From Lacipirellulaceae bacterium (GTDB lineage: Bacteria > Planctomycetota > Planctomycetia > Pirellulales > Lacipirellulaceae): 64,000 nt of DNA. How positions within the stretch are numbered: the first letter of the stretch is position 1; every line of letters starts with the position of its first letter. The notes beneath the pieces are model-generated. The model made no database searches. It was given only the letters and a program-made list of their open reading frames with translations, and had not been told where the DNA came from. Below, piece by piece: positions 1 through 9,718 of this stretch. The translations under genes and the position numbers were made by a program. The DNA is taken from the NCBI GenBank assembly GCA_963753855.1, contig CAVWDV010000003.1, positions 14,528 to 78,527 on the forward strand, given 5' to 3'.

Positions 1-1182
1 GTCGTAAGTACCACGATCGATGCCTTGATTTTGGTCAGCCCCCAACATTCGCCCGACGACTTGTCCGATCCAGAGGAGCATTTCACGGAAGCGGAGTAGT
101 TCGAGAAGCAGTTGTGGCTCGTCGTCCCATTTTCCTTTAGCCAGTTTGAAGTGCAACCAGACCCAGACGTTCCGCAGGACCAGGGCGACGCCTACGAAGA
201 GCAGTCGCAGTGCTGGATCGCGGGTGCAGGTTTTGATTCGCGCCTCGTTCATCTGCCGGTAGCTGGTCTCGATGCCGAATCGCTTGCGGTACGTTTCGCG
301 GATTTCCTTGGGGGTCTGTCGAACTTTCCAAATGGCGTACATCAGCTTCTTCGTCTTCCGCTTGCCCGATTTCTTGTCCGTATAACCTTTGCTGGCGACG
401 CAGATGGTCACCTTGGACGTGCGGTCCTTGCCCTCCACCTTGCCTCGGTGCGTGTAAGAATAGTAACCGTTTCTCTTCTTCCTCAAGGCTCGCAGCCCAG
501 TGACTTGCTTACCCCGTCCCGGTTTGCGTCCACAAACGATTGCGGGAATGATGAATCCAAGCCCGGCTCGTTTCAAGTAAGCAATCACTTCGACACTGAA
601 AAAACCCTTGTCCATCAGGAGAAAACGAACCCTTACCCCTCGACGGCGGATGATTGCCATGAGCCTTTGCACAACCACTTTCATCTTCTCGCCATGCTCC
701 ACGTGCGTCAAAGCTAGCGTGTAGCGATGGCCTTTGTGGATCACCGCCGCGGTGGCGTAAGCATGGAAGTGGGTGGTCCCCGATTTGGGTGAACTGCGAT
801 AAACCTCCTTCTTGTCCGCCAGCGGCTGGCCGTGATAAGGGATCAGCGTCAAGTCGATGGCGACGACTCGTGACTTGCTGAACAACGCCTTGGGGAGTTC
901 CGTCGAGAGCGAACGATTCAAACGTCGCTCCAGTTCGGCCATTTCGGGCAATGCTTCGCCCAGGGCGTTGCGAATCGTTTGGTCGCACGGCGCGTCGGAC
1001 AGGTCGCGACATACCGCGAAGATGCTGGCCACCCGACTGGCGGCAAGCAGCAGAACCTGCAAGAGCGTGCTGGCATTGCATTTTCGACCCTCATACTCCA
1101 GCTTCAACGCCGAGGCGAGCCAGTGATTGGCATAGCCGTGTACTTCATCTTTGGTAACGATATAATCCGGCCGTGAACGCAT
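1..1182 (-). mobile_element. ISH3-like (IS4-related) DDE transposase; 3' end runs off the window
   Basis: Open minus-strand frame from ATG at 1182 (RBS AAGGAGG upstream) to position 1: MRSRPDYIVTKDEVH...VAIDLTLIPYHG...FLLMDKGFFS...YRKRFGIETSYR. It carries a DDE triad and the YxxRxxIE signature. Absent from the ORF track because there is no stop codon in the window. Confidence 0.85.
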
Positions 1183-1249
1183 GGTCCCCTCCTTGGAGAT
1201 TGATCTGCTTTGACACAAATCATTATCCAGAGGGGCCTTGCGTTCACCT

Positions 1250-1344
1250 AGGCTGATTCACCGTATTGGGAACTACTGATACTGGGTTTGGGCAATCCAA
1301 CTTTGGTCACCCCGCTCGAGTTGCTTAACGAGGACATTACCTGA
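1250..1344 (+). pseudogene. C-terminal remnant of a PIN/VapC-like toxin gene, apparently truncated by the IS
   Basis: Reads ...LGLGNPTLVTPLELLNEDIT*, resembling the C-terminus of a PIN-domain family. Its stop overlaps the ATG of the next small gene (TGATG). Confidence 0.5.
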
Positions 1345-1556
1345 TGGATAGCTACAGTGAAGTTCGCCGCGTGCGCCATGCAATGTCTGAGGCAGCAGGG
1401 CATGACATTCGTAAATTGATTGCCACGATCAACGAGCGTCGATCCGAGGTCGCGCACCGCATCATCGATCCAGGTACGCAGGCAGAACAATGCGATGCAC
1501 ACCGAGCCGCCGACAATGCGGTTTCCAATGGTAAGTCTTCTCCGGCGACCGGGTGA
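1344..1556 (+). CDS. small protein, likely partner of the PIN gene (TA-like cassette); its 3' end runs into attC1
   Basis: MDSYSEVRRVRHAMSEAAGHDIRKL resembles the EVRRxRHxxSxxxGHD small proteins found next to PIN genes. RBS GAGGA upstream. Confidence 0.55.
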   Translation: MDSYSEVRRVRHAMSEAAGHDIRKLIATINERRSEVAHRIIDPGTQAEQCDAHRAADNAVSNGKSSPATG

Positions 1557-1571
1557 TCCTGAACGTTATCC
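1482..1571 (+). other. integron attC site 1
   Basis: GCAGAAC (R'') ...ATGCAC...GGTGAT... GTTATCC (R'); ~90-bp imperfect palindrome with a core nearly identical to the site at 1897-1986. Confidence 0.75.
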
Positions 1572-1609
1572 GCCCATTTCTAAACTGCTGCAGACTGCAT
1601 AAGCCCATC

Positions 1610-1816
1610 ATGATCGATGAAGCTGCCCCACCAGACAAGAAGACCGGCCGCAATGGCGGATTCCTTGGAGGGATGCTCGGAGTGCTTGCTTGGTTTAATC
1701 AACCTGCGGACCTGCTCAATCTTGATGGAATCACTGAATGGATTGTCATGGCGGTGTTTGTCGGAGGCTGCGTAGTTGTTGGAACAGTGCTTGAACGATT
1801 GTTCGCCAAGAAATAG
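1610..1816 (+). CDS. small two-TM membrane protein, integron gene cassette
   Basis: MIDEAAPPDKKTGRNGGFLGGMLGVLAWF...WIVMAVFVGGCVVVGTVLERLFAKK. It lies between GTTATCCG and the complementary CGGATAAC. Confidence 0.65.
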   Translation: MIDEAAPPDKKTGRNGGFLGGMLGVLAWFNQPADLLNLDGITEWIVMAVFVGGCVVVGTVLERLFAKK

Positions 1817-1896
1817 TGGTCTCAGACCGACACTATTCAATCGAGGTTTTTTTCGAGATTTGCTCAAAAGGGGAAATTCCGCACGAATGGACTGTC

Positions 1897-1986
<90 letters not shown>

Positions 1987-2017
1987 TGCCTGTGCAAGTT
2001 GCCTCAGAACCCAGCCG

Positions 2018-2148
2018 ACGCTGCTAAGGTCGCCACATCGCTGCAGATCTCGCCTGCCATCAATTCGCCGAGGTTGGCCAACACCAGCGTCTGGGGCTCA
2101 ACGCGAACTCGCAGAGGTGCCCTGTTGGCAGGGACAGCTACGCAAGTT
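2018..2148. repeat. phased palindrome array E (3 units)
   Basis: (A/G)AGGT cores at 2026, 2070 and 2114 (44-bp period). The third unit is AACTCGCAGAGGT-17 nt-AGCTACGCAAGTT. Confidence 0.55.
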
Positions 2149-2643
2149 ACTCCCGGCAGCTGCGAAATGTCGGCGTGACGCTATTGGTTGATTCTGCGTT
2201 CCCTCAGCGTGCGGCGATTGCAATGCCGCTTGCCGCATTTCCAGCGCGACCAAAAATCGAGGTGGAAACGGTGCGGCGATTTGATCTAATGGAGTTGCCG
2301 CAGGATGGCGGTCAACGCTTTGCCGCACCAACGCACGATCGGCGTACAAGCGGTGCGGTAGTGGATCGATTCGCCAATGCTACCGGCGACCCGCAGGAGT
2401 AAATCGACACCTGGTGATCTATACGTCGATTTACTCCGCTGCCGGCTGGCGGGCGTGGAGGCGCAAGGTCCTGTGGTGCAACGACTTTGAGGGTCGCGGA
2501 GAGGCAAGCGTAAATCGACAACGAATCGTGTTCTGGAAGTTGACGATTTACGCGCTCGGCGCTGCTTCAGAACGACGTGGAGTGAGGAAGCTTCACATAC
2601 ATTGATCGTTGCTTATTGAAACTTGAACATTGAAACTTGAAAC

Positions 2644-3879
2644 TTGACAAATAGACACTTCCCCTTGGCAGCAGACGGTTCCACATTGCCCATTTACCTC
2701 GACAATCATGCAACCACGGCCGTCGACCCCCGCGTCGTGGATGCGATGCTGCCGTATTTCGCGGAGAAGTTTGGCAATGCTGGCAGCATTCACTGCTTTG
2801 GGGAGGAGGCCCGCAACGCCGTGGACTCCGCCCGCCGCACGATTGCCGATGCGATTGGCGCTCAGGCGACGGAAATCGTCTTTACCAGCGGCGCGACCGA
2901 AAGCAATAATCTTGCGATCCGTGGCATTGCCGAACGGCGGCGGCGGCGTGGCGATCACCTGATAGCTGTCCAGACGGAGCACCCCGCCGTGCTCGACCCC
3001 ATGGCGCAGTTGGCAGCGAATGGTTATGACGTCACGCTGCTCGATGTCGAACCGCATGGCTCGTCACGTCCCGGGTTTCTCGATCCGGCGCACGTTGCCG
3101 ATGCGATAACGGACGCTACCTGCCTGGTAAGCGTGATGCTTGCGAATAATGAGATGGGCGTGGTGCAACCGATTGCCGAGATTGCCGCCATCTGCAAGTC
3201 GTACGGCGTGCTGCTACACTGCGACGCCACCCAGGCGGTGGGCAAACTGCCCGTGGATGTCGGCGCACTCGGCGTGGACCTGATGAGCTTCACCGCTCAC
3301 AAATTGCACGGGCCGAAGGGCGTTGGTGCGTTGTACATTCGCGGCCGCGATCCGGTGGTGCGGCTCCAGCCACAAGCGACGGGGGGTGGGCAAGAACAGG
3401 GTCGCCGGAGCGGCACGCTCAACGTGCCGGGCATCGTTGGTTTCGCTGCCGCGGTAAGCCTGGCAAGTGAGGCGATGGAAACCGAGATGCCACGTCTCGC
3501 CGCGCTGCGTAACACGCTGGCTGAGGGTCTGCTAGGCCGGATTGAAGGCGCCGAACTCGTTGGCCCTGCGCTTGGCGAGTGGAACTCGGGCGATACCCCG
3601 CTGCGATTGCCGAACAACTTGAATTTGATGTTCCCGGGCCATGATGGCGAATCGCTCATGCTGGCAATGCCCGACGTGGCGGTGAGTAGTGGCGCCGCTT
3701 GCAGCAGCATGAGCGACCAGCCGAGCCACGTGCTGATGGCGCTGGGCCTGTCGGCCGACCAGGCGCGGAGTTGCCTACGGTTTGGATTGGGGCGATTTAC
3801 GACGGACGACCAGATCGCCCAGGCCGCGAGCAACGTGGTTGCCGCGGTGGCCGAAGTCGGCAGCTTGGCAGGCAGATAG
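2644..3879 (+). CDS. iscS: cysteine desulfurase (IscS/NifS family)
   Basis: IYLDNHATT, FTSGATESNN, HCDATQAVGK, SFTAHKLHGPKG (PLP Lys), RSGTLNV, SSGAACSS (catalytic Cys). Confidence 0.95.
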   Translation: MTNRHFPLAADGSTLPIYLDNHATTAVDPRVVDAMLPYFAEKFGNAGSIHCFGEEARNAVDSARRTIADAIGAQATEIVFTSGATESNNLAIRGIAERRRRRGDHLIAVQTEHPAVLDPMAQLAANGYDVTLLDVEPHGSSRPGFLDPAHVADAITDATCLVSVMLANNEMGVVQPIAEIAAICKSYGVLLHCDATQAVGKLPVDVGALGVDLMSFTAHKLHGPKGVGALYIRGRDPVVRLQPQATGGGQEQGRRSGTLNVPGIVGFAAAVSLASEAMETEMPRLAALRNTLAEGLLGRIEGAELVGPALGEWNSGDTPLRLPNNLNLMFPGHDGESLMLAMPDVAVSSGAACSSMSDQPSHVLMALGLSADQARSCLRFGLGRFTTDDQIAQAASNVVAAVAEVGSLAGR

Positions 3880-4195
3880 TTCTGGCGGGGGCCCTTCGGA
3901 TTTTAGCGGCCGGAAGCCCGCAGTCGCCGAAGCGCCGCCACGGTGGGTCATGCCTTGCGTGCTGGCCAGCGGTATCGACCCAAGGGGCCTCACGACCCGG
4001 TCGAGCCGGAAGGCACCCGATCCGGGCTGATTTGGGCGGCAAATCGCGGAGATCGTCGCAGCAAGGGGCAGTTTTCCCTTCCCTTCGGCGGCCCATTGCT
4101 ATAATTTGGGGGTAGCGGAGCTGCGCTTGCCGGGGGTCCGCCAGAGCTGACAACACCTACCCCTTATATACCTTTTGTAAAGGAGCCAATGCGTT

Positions 4196-4527
4196 ATGGC
4201 CGTTATCCTCACCGAAAAAGCCGCTGCGGAAGTCAAGCGGCGGATGGAAGACCAGAAGATGGAAGATGCCATGATGCTCCGCGTAGCCGTAACCGGTGGC
4301 GGATGCAGTGGATTCAGCTATGCCTTGGCGTTCGATAAGAACTACAACGACGCGGACGACAGCAAGTACGATAGCCACGGCGTTCCGGTAGTTGTCGACA
4401 AGAAAGCGCCCTGTACTTAGAGGGCACGACGGTCGACTTCCAGGACGACCTGCAAGGCTACGGCTTCCGCTTCGATAACCCCACGGCGGTAAAGTCGTGC
4501 GGCTGCGGCAGCTCGTTCCAGGCCTAA
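4196..4527 (+). CDS. iscA: IscA/HesB iron-sulfur cluster assembly protein (one frameshift near 4408)
   Basis: [15 protein letters not shown] in one frame, then [10 protein letters not shown]...[18 protein letters not shown] in the next frame. Confidence 0.9.
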
Positions 4528-4549
4528 ACGCTACAGCTGCGAGAATCCG

Positions 4550-4587
4550 AAAACGGCCGCCGAGTCGAACTTGGCGGCCGTTTTTCA
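4550..4587 (+). terminator. intrinsic terminator after iscA
   Basis: Hairpin GAAAACGGCCGCCGAG-TCGAA-CTTGGCGGCCGTTTTTC with A/T tails. Confidence 0.75.
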
Positions 4588-4836
4588 TGCGCGGTGAGTG
4601 AGCCCCGAGCGGCCTTCGTGGTCGGGTTAACCCGCCATGCGAAAAATCGCCACAACCGGCAAATCCGCTAGTCGCGCCGCTGCCGGCAGCGGCAACCCAC
4701 AAATTTGGGCGCACCGCCAGGCGGGCGTGACATAGACTTTAGTAGACCGGCAGGTGCCTGCAAGAAGCGGCATCTGTCCCTACTTTTCTGATGCCCGTGA
4801 TAGGGTGTCTTACGATACTCCTCCCCTGGTGCCGTC

Positions 4837-5016
4837 ATGTTAAAGAAAATTCTAGAGTTCCTGTATCGAGACGATGGGCCAACCGCCGTAGAGTACGCGG
4901 TACTGTTGGCATTGATTGTGCTTGCCTGCATTGGATCGGTATTGTCGATGTCAAACGCCACGGCGGACAGCTTCGACAACTCCGCCACCGAATTAGCCGG
5001 CGTGCTGGGTTCGTAA
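4837..5016 (+). CDS. flp: Flp family type IVb pilin (59 aa)
   Basis: MLKKILEFLYRDDG|PTAVEYAVLLALIVLACIGSV...; G-x-T-A-V-E-Y prepilin motif. Below the ORF-track length cutoff. Confidence 0.9.
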   Translation: MLKKILEFLYRDDGPTAVEYAVLLALIVLACIGSVLSMSNATADSFDNSATELAGVLGS

Positions 5017-5355
5017 GGGCGACCCTGGCAGCAAGCACGTAGGTGGGTCGATCGCAAGGCTGTGCTGCGCACAGCGCGCAGCGCAAAATTCGATCTTGAT
5101 GATGGACGATGCACCAGGGTGTGGACCTCCGCGTCCACACCCTGAGCTGTCCGCATCGTCTGGTGGTCTTCGCAATACCCCCTTGCGCGATCGCCCGATG
5201 TAGCTCGGCTCGGGGTGCGTTTTGCCGTCCATCGCCAACAACTGCCATGCTGGCTTCTGCCTAGGAGTGGCTCACCGACGCATCGTGGCTCGGCGACGGG
5301 GTGGTGCCGTAGCTGCATCTGGCCGTGGCCCACGGGGCTCGGGGCAGCGGGCGAG

Positions 5356-6415
5356 TCACACGATGAGCATGGCGTCGCCGTAACTGTAGAAGCGGTATTC
5401 CTCATGGACCGCCTCGGCGTACGCCTCGCGAATGAGCTCGGTACCGCCAAACGCCTGCACTAGCAGCAAGAGTGTAGTCCGCGGAAAGTGGAAGTTCGTC
5501 ATCAATGCATCGACCGCCAGGAACTCGTAGGGGGGATGGATGAACAAGTTGGTCTCGCCTTGCCAAGCGGACAATGGCTGTTTGGCGCCTGCGAAGGCCG
5601 CCGCCGACTCGAGTACCCGCACCGACGTGGTTCCCACCGCCAGAATCCGTCCACCCGTCTCACGGGCCTGATTGAGCATGGCGGCCGAGGTTTCGGGCAG
5701 TTGGCCCCACTCACTATGCATTTCGTGATCTTCGGGACGTTCCACGGTGATGGGGCGAAACGTTCCCAGGCCGACATGCAGGGTAACCGAAGGGAACCGA
5801 ACGCCGTGCTTGGCGATCTGCTTTAGCAAGTCTTCAGTGAAATGCAGGCCGGCGGTAGGAGCGGCCACTGCCCCTGGCTCGCGAGCGAACACTGTTTGGT
5901 AACTGGCGACGTCCGCATCGACCATGCGGCCACCGCGAATGTAGTGGGGCAGCGGCACGCGGCCCACCTTTTGCAGCACCTGCTCCGTTCTCTCGTCCGA
6001 CTCGGGATGGGCGAGCCACTGACCGCCTTCAAGTCGCTCCAGCAGCCACAACGTTAACGACTCGCGACCCTCGCGATCCACCAGCTCGATGGCATCGCCG
6101 GGTGCCAAGCGACCACGGGTCTTGCACACAATCCGCCAGTGGCCCTCCTCGTCGGCCCGCAGGAAGAGTCCCTGCCATTGCCCGCCCGTCGTTCTCCGCC
6201 GGCCATACAGCTGCGCGGGAATCACGCGTGTTGTTGAGCACCAGCTGATCGCCGCCGCGCAACATTTCGGGCAGGTCGCGCACGTACCAGTGCGAGATCC
6301 TCTGCTGCTGGCGATCCACCACCATCAGCCTGGCGTCGGAGCGATTGGTGAGCGGCTGCTGGGCGATCAGCTCACGTGGCAAATCGTAATCGAAGAACGG
6401 CGAAGGCGTGGCCAT
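5356..6415 (-). CDS. queA: S-adenosylmethionine:tRNA ribosyltransferase-isomerase (frameshift near 6225)
   Basis: FDYDLPRELIAQQP...LVLNNTR, then VPLPHYI, GAVAAPTAGLHF, TLHVGLGTF, AVGTTSVRVLE, TNFHFPRTTLL, YRFYSYGDAM. Confidence 0.95.
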
Positions 6416-6791
6416 GGCAGGCAGAGGCTCAATCGGGCGTGGCTGGCAGCGTGGACCTAGTATCATACCGGCCATCGCACCGAGGAACCATGCAGGGTTG
6501 CGGGGAGGTTGCGATGGGGTTTCCTCCCACGAAACTTGGCCCTTGCCGCTTAGCCCCTCCTCCCTCAGCCAATCCAGCTGGCGGTTCACGCCGACCTCGG
6601 CGGCATGTTTCAAGATTGAAACACTTGTCAGCAGCGGGGGAGCCAATCAAGAAAAGCGGGAATTTTTTTTACGCGATCTGCCGCACTCAAATCCGCGGGA
6701 ACTGTGCATTTCCGGGGCCGCACTGCTGAACAAATCTCAACTGCTAGCATCGGTTGTCCGGCGTTGACCAACGAGCGAAGATCGATACATT

Positions 6792-6827
6792 TTGGGTCTA
6801 TGTGGTGGTTTGTGGGAAGAAATGGGG
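6792..6827 (+). promoter_or_regulatory. putative MraZ autoregulatory boxes
   Basis: TTGGG/GTGGT/GTGGG/ATGGG at exact 10-bp spacing directly before the mraZ ATG, like the known TGGG(N)n MraZ repeats. Confidence 0.6.
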
Positions 6828-6831
6828 CATC

Positions 6832-7293
6832 ATGTTACTAACGGGAACTCACCACCGAACGCTCGATGAGAAACACCGTGTCGCCATTCCAAAACCGCTC
6901 CGCGAAAGCCTGGAAACCGGCGAAAATGAGATGCTTTACCTGGCACCCTCGACCGATGGAGCCCTCGCGCTGTACCCGCAAACAACGTTTGCACAGCTCG
7001 GTGCGCGGCTTCAAGCCGCGTCTCCCAATGCACGCCAAGTTCGGGAGTACGCAAGGCTGTTCTTCGCGCGTGCCGCGGCAGTCCGCATCGACAAACAGGG
7101 CCGATTGCGTGTGCCGCCCGAGCTTGCCCAGCTATCGCAACTTGCGGGCGAAGTGGTGCTGGTGGGAGTGCAAGACCATGTGGAGATTTGGCCCCGTGCC
7201 AAATGGGAAACGTACGTCGCCCAACGTGCCGAGCGGTACGACCAAATTGCAGAATCGGCGTTTGAATTTCCAACGCCTCCGTCCGTGGAGTAA
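6832..7293 (+). CDS. mraZ: transcriptional regulator MraZ
   Basis: MLLTGTHHRTLDEKHRVAIP...IDKQGRLRVP...VVLVGVQDHVEIW: two SpoVT/AbrB DxxxR motifs. Confidence 0.9.
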   Translation: MLLTGTHHRTLDEKHRVAIPKPLRESLETGENEMLYLAPSTDGALALYPQTTFAQLGARLQAASPNARQVREYARLFFARAAAVRIDKQGRLRVPPELAQLSQLAGEVVLVGVQDHVEIWPRAKWETYVAQRAERYDQIAESAFEFPTPPSVE

Positions 7294-7539
7294 CAGCCGG
7301 AAAGGTAACGATTGTCTGGAAGCGCGCGGAGCATCCGCGCCGCGCGGGCTGCACACCGCATTGGCGAGGGTTGGCCACACCCCTGCCGCAAGTCTCCTCC
7401 GGCTTGTTCGCGTCGCGGCTTGGCTCGAGGTACGGATACCATGAATCGAGCGCGGATTGGCTCGCTGTAGCCCGCACTACCGCAGCCGGCGTCTCATGCA
7501 ACCCGGGCGCAAGGATGTGTCCCGGGGCAAGGCGTCGCC

Positions 7540-7732
7540 CACGAAGCCCTTTGATGCCGTTGCTCAGGGCTCGTTCAGAAAGCCCCGTAGCAAGCGAAAC
7601 GGCTGTAATGCCACGAGAGCCAAACGCCATCGCTTCGGTAGCTGGCCAGCGACGACGCCCGCGCTCGTCGAGCTCCCCAATCGGTGAATTGAATTTCCGT
7701 TCCAATTCATCGATTACGCGTGCGGCAGGCAT
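7540..7732 (-). pseudogene. ISAzo13-like transposase N-terminal relic
   Basis: ELDERGRRRWPATEAMAFGSRGITAVSLATGLS resembles the LDERxRRxWAAxEAxxLGxGGI start of ISAzo13 transposases; the rest is missing. Confidence 0.65.
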
Positions 7733-7884
7733 CGACGCATTGCCACCGATCTACCGAGTTCACTCCGATGCAAGTTCGGTAGCCTATTTGTGGACGAATC
7801 TTGAGGCTGGGGCAACGAACCAACCCGGATTATGCCGTTTAGCTAGAACTCCGCGCCAGCAATGTTTGCCAGACTCGCGGACAA

Positions 7885-8988
7885 CTACCGGCCGATCACC
7901 GCCGGGGCAGCCGCCGGGCTGCACCCCACGTCCGGATAATCGATGGCCATGCGAATTACGGCGGCCGGAAGATTGCGTGTGAATTCGGTGGCGGCGACAG
8001 AACTTTCCACCAGCCGCCTGTTCGCCTCGCGGGTGTACTCACGGAAGTCGGATACAACATTGCCGGCTAGCGGAGCCTCGATATCAAGCACCATGGCCGG
8101 GCGGCCGCTATCGAAGGGGCACTCGGCCAGATCGATTTCGCGGACGGGAGGATGGTTTGCGGTGCGGAAGAACATTTTCTTGGCTTCCAAGTCGTAGGCA
8201 ATCTGCCACTGCGTCGTTGGTTGCCGCACCCGTTGGACCATTTCGAGCGCCGCCAAGTGAAGTGGCTGTTGATCTGGCTGGGTACCCGCCGAGGCGATCG
8301 ATGCCAGACGGACATAGCGACTCAGCGACTGCGTATCTGTTGGAATCGAGCGACTGCCACCGAACCCTCGATATTGGCCCAAGTGCCCGACGCTTTCCGC
8401 GCACGTGCTGTTGGTAATCAGTTTGTGTGGCAAATCATCGTTGCGGCGGGCGACCAGTTGTCCGCCAAGGAACTCCACTACGGCACAATCGCCCGACGCG
8501 TCGGTTACGAAGTAGTGCACTTTGGCGCCGCCGAACGGCGTGATGCGCAGGTTGCTATCGCTGGCAATCACGTCTGCCACGGACCGTGCCGTGTCGAGTT
8601 GGTACTGCACCCACTGAGCCGTATTGACCGAAGGTCGCTCGTCAGCCGGCGGATATTGACTCTCGTCGAGCCACAAAATAGCGATCGCCAGCCCCGCCTC
8701 GTTGATGCCGTCGCACGGCAACTCGCGGCCGTACTGATTCACCGTGACGCTGCCATACTTCGATGTCCACCCGGCAGGGTTGTCGAACGACAACGCCCGC
8801 TTGGCAATGCCAGACTGATTGATGATCACGAGGGCATTTCCGATATGCCAATCGTAATTACGAACCATGAAAGGCCGACCTGTCAGCCGCAGCCACAGGG
8901 CCGAACATGCGTCACCGCGCGGCGCGGCCGTCAGCAACAGGGCCAATATCGCCAGCAGCAATCGGGATACTAGCAGGGTTCGTAGCAT
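7885..8988 (-). CDS. secreted Ntn hydrolase (choloylglycine hydrolase/penicillin V acylase family)
   Basis: Signal peptide followed by the nucleophile Cys (DA|CSAL), RNYDW, DGINEAGL, ITNS. Confidence 0.85.
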   Translation of the reverse strand: MLRTLLVSRLLLAILALLLTAAPRGDACSALWLRLTGRPFMVRNYDWHIGNALVIINQSGIAKRALSFDNPAGWTSKYGSVTVNQYGRELPCDGINEAGLAIAILWLDESQYPPADERPSVNTAQWVQYQLDTARSVADVIASDSNLRITPFGGAKVHYFVTDASGDCAVVEFLGGQLVARRNDDLPHKLITNSTCAESVGHLGQYRGFGGSRSIPTDTQSLSRYVRLASIASAGTQPDQQPLHLAALEMVQRVRQPTTQWQIAYDLEAKKMFFRTANHPPVREIDLAECPFDSGRPAMVLDIEAPLAGNVVSDFREYTREANRRLVESSVAATEFTRNLPAAVIRMAIDYPDVGCSPAAAPAVIGR

Positions 8989-9136
8989 GCGTGCAGTCCT
9001 AGCGGAAACCGGGTGTCTGCGTTCGGCGGCAAGGGGCGATGGCGGTGGAAAACGCGCCGTTCAGCAATGGCTCGAAACGAACCTTGGCATTCCACCACGC
9101 ATTCACTGCGGGGCCAGTCGATACAATGAATCCACC

Positions 9137-9562
9137 CTAAATGTACCACATGGCGTCGCGATTGCCGCCAGCGCATTCCAGTAAGTCAGCGAGCGTTATG
9201 CCCGCAAGTCGCTCTTGCTGAGCAATCTGGGCCTCCAAGCAGGCGGCGTAGAGTGCCCCCCTTAGTCCGCCGGGAGGCGGATCTTCGCTCGGATCCGTCG
9301 CGCCCCCTTCCAGCACCATCACGACATCGCCTAATGTGATTTCGTCGGGTGGCCGCGCTAACTGATAACCGCCCGCCGCGCCTCGGGTACTTGCCACCAA
9401 TCCGGCCCGCTTGAGTTCTAGCAGAATCTGCACCAAGAACCGCCACGGAATGTCGTGGTCGGCCGCCATTTTGCGAATCTGCACGGGCTCGCCGCTTGGA
9501 TGCTGCTCGGCCAGGTGGAGCATCGCGACGCAGCCATATTCGGTCTTTGCAGTGAGTTTCAT
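9137..9562 (-). CDS. Rrf2 family transcriptional regulator (CymR-like by context)
   Basis: MKLTAKTEYG...FLVQILLELKRAGLVASTRGAAGGYQLARPPDEITLGDV; located downstream of cysH. Confidence 0.9.
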   Translation of the reverse strand: MKLTAKTEYGCVAMLHLAEQHPSGEPVQIRKMAADHDIPWRFLVQILLELKRAGLVASTRGAAGGYQLARPPDEITLGDVVMVLEGGATDPSEDPPPGGLRGALYAACLEAQIAQQERLAGITLADLLECAGGNRDAMWYI

Positions 9563-9718
9563 AATCGATTCGCCAACGCGGCCAAGAGAACTTCGAGCCG
9601 CGAAAATGCCGTCAAGAAATATCGGTTTGACCCAAGACCGCACTACGAGAGTTTTTTGCTTCGCGACCACAGGAGAGCTTCCGCCAGCGCACCCGGCTCC
9701 TAGATAACACGTGCTCCA

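Noticed and set aside
112-717. 201-aa plus-strand ORF and other ORFs in 1-1180
   Set aside because: They are antisense shadows of the minus-strand transposase, which the ORF track misses because it lacks a stop in the window.
7360-7392. AGGGT-TGGCCAC-ACCCCT palindrome after mraZ as a member of the array family
   Set aside because: It is a single unit without the AACT/AGTT outer arms or a 45-bp neighbour, and could arise by chance in GC-rich DNA.
6830-7732. 300-aa minus-strand ORF
   Set aside because: Only the first ~65 aa resemble a transposase; the rest is antisense to mraZ.
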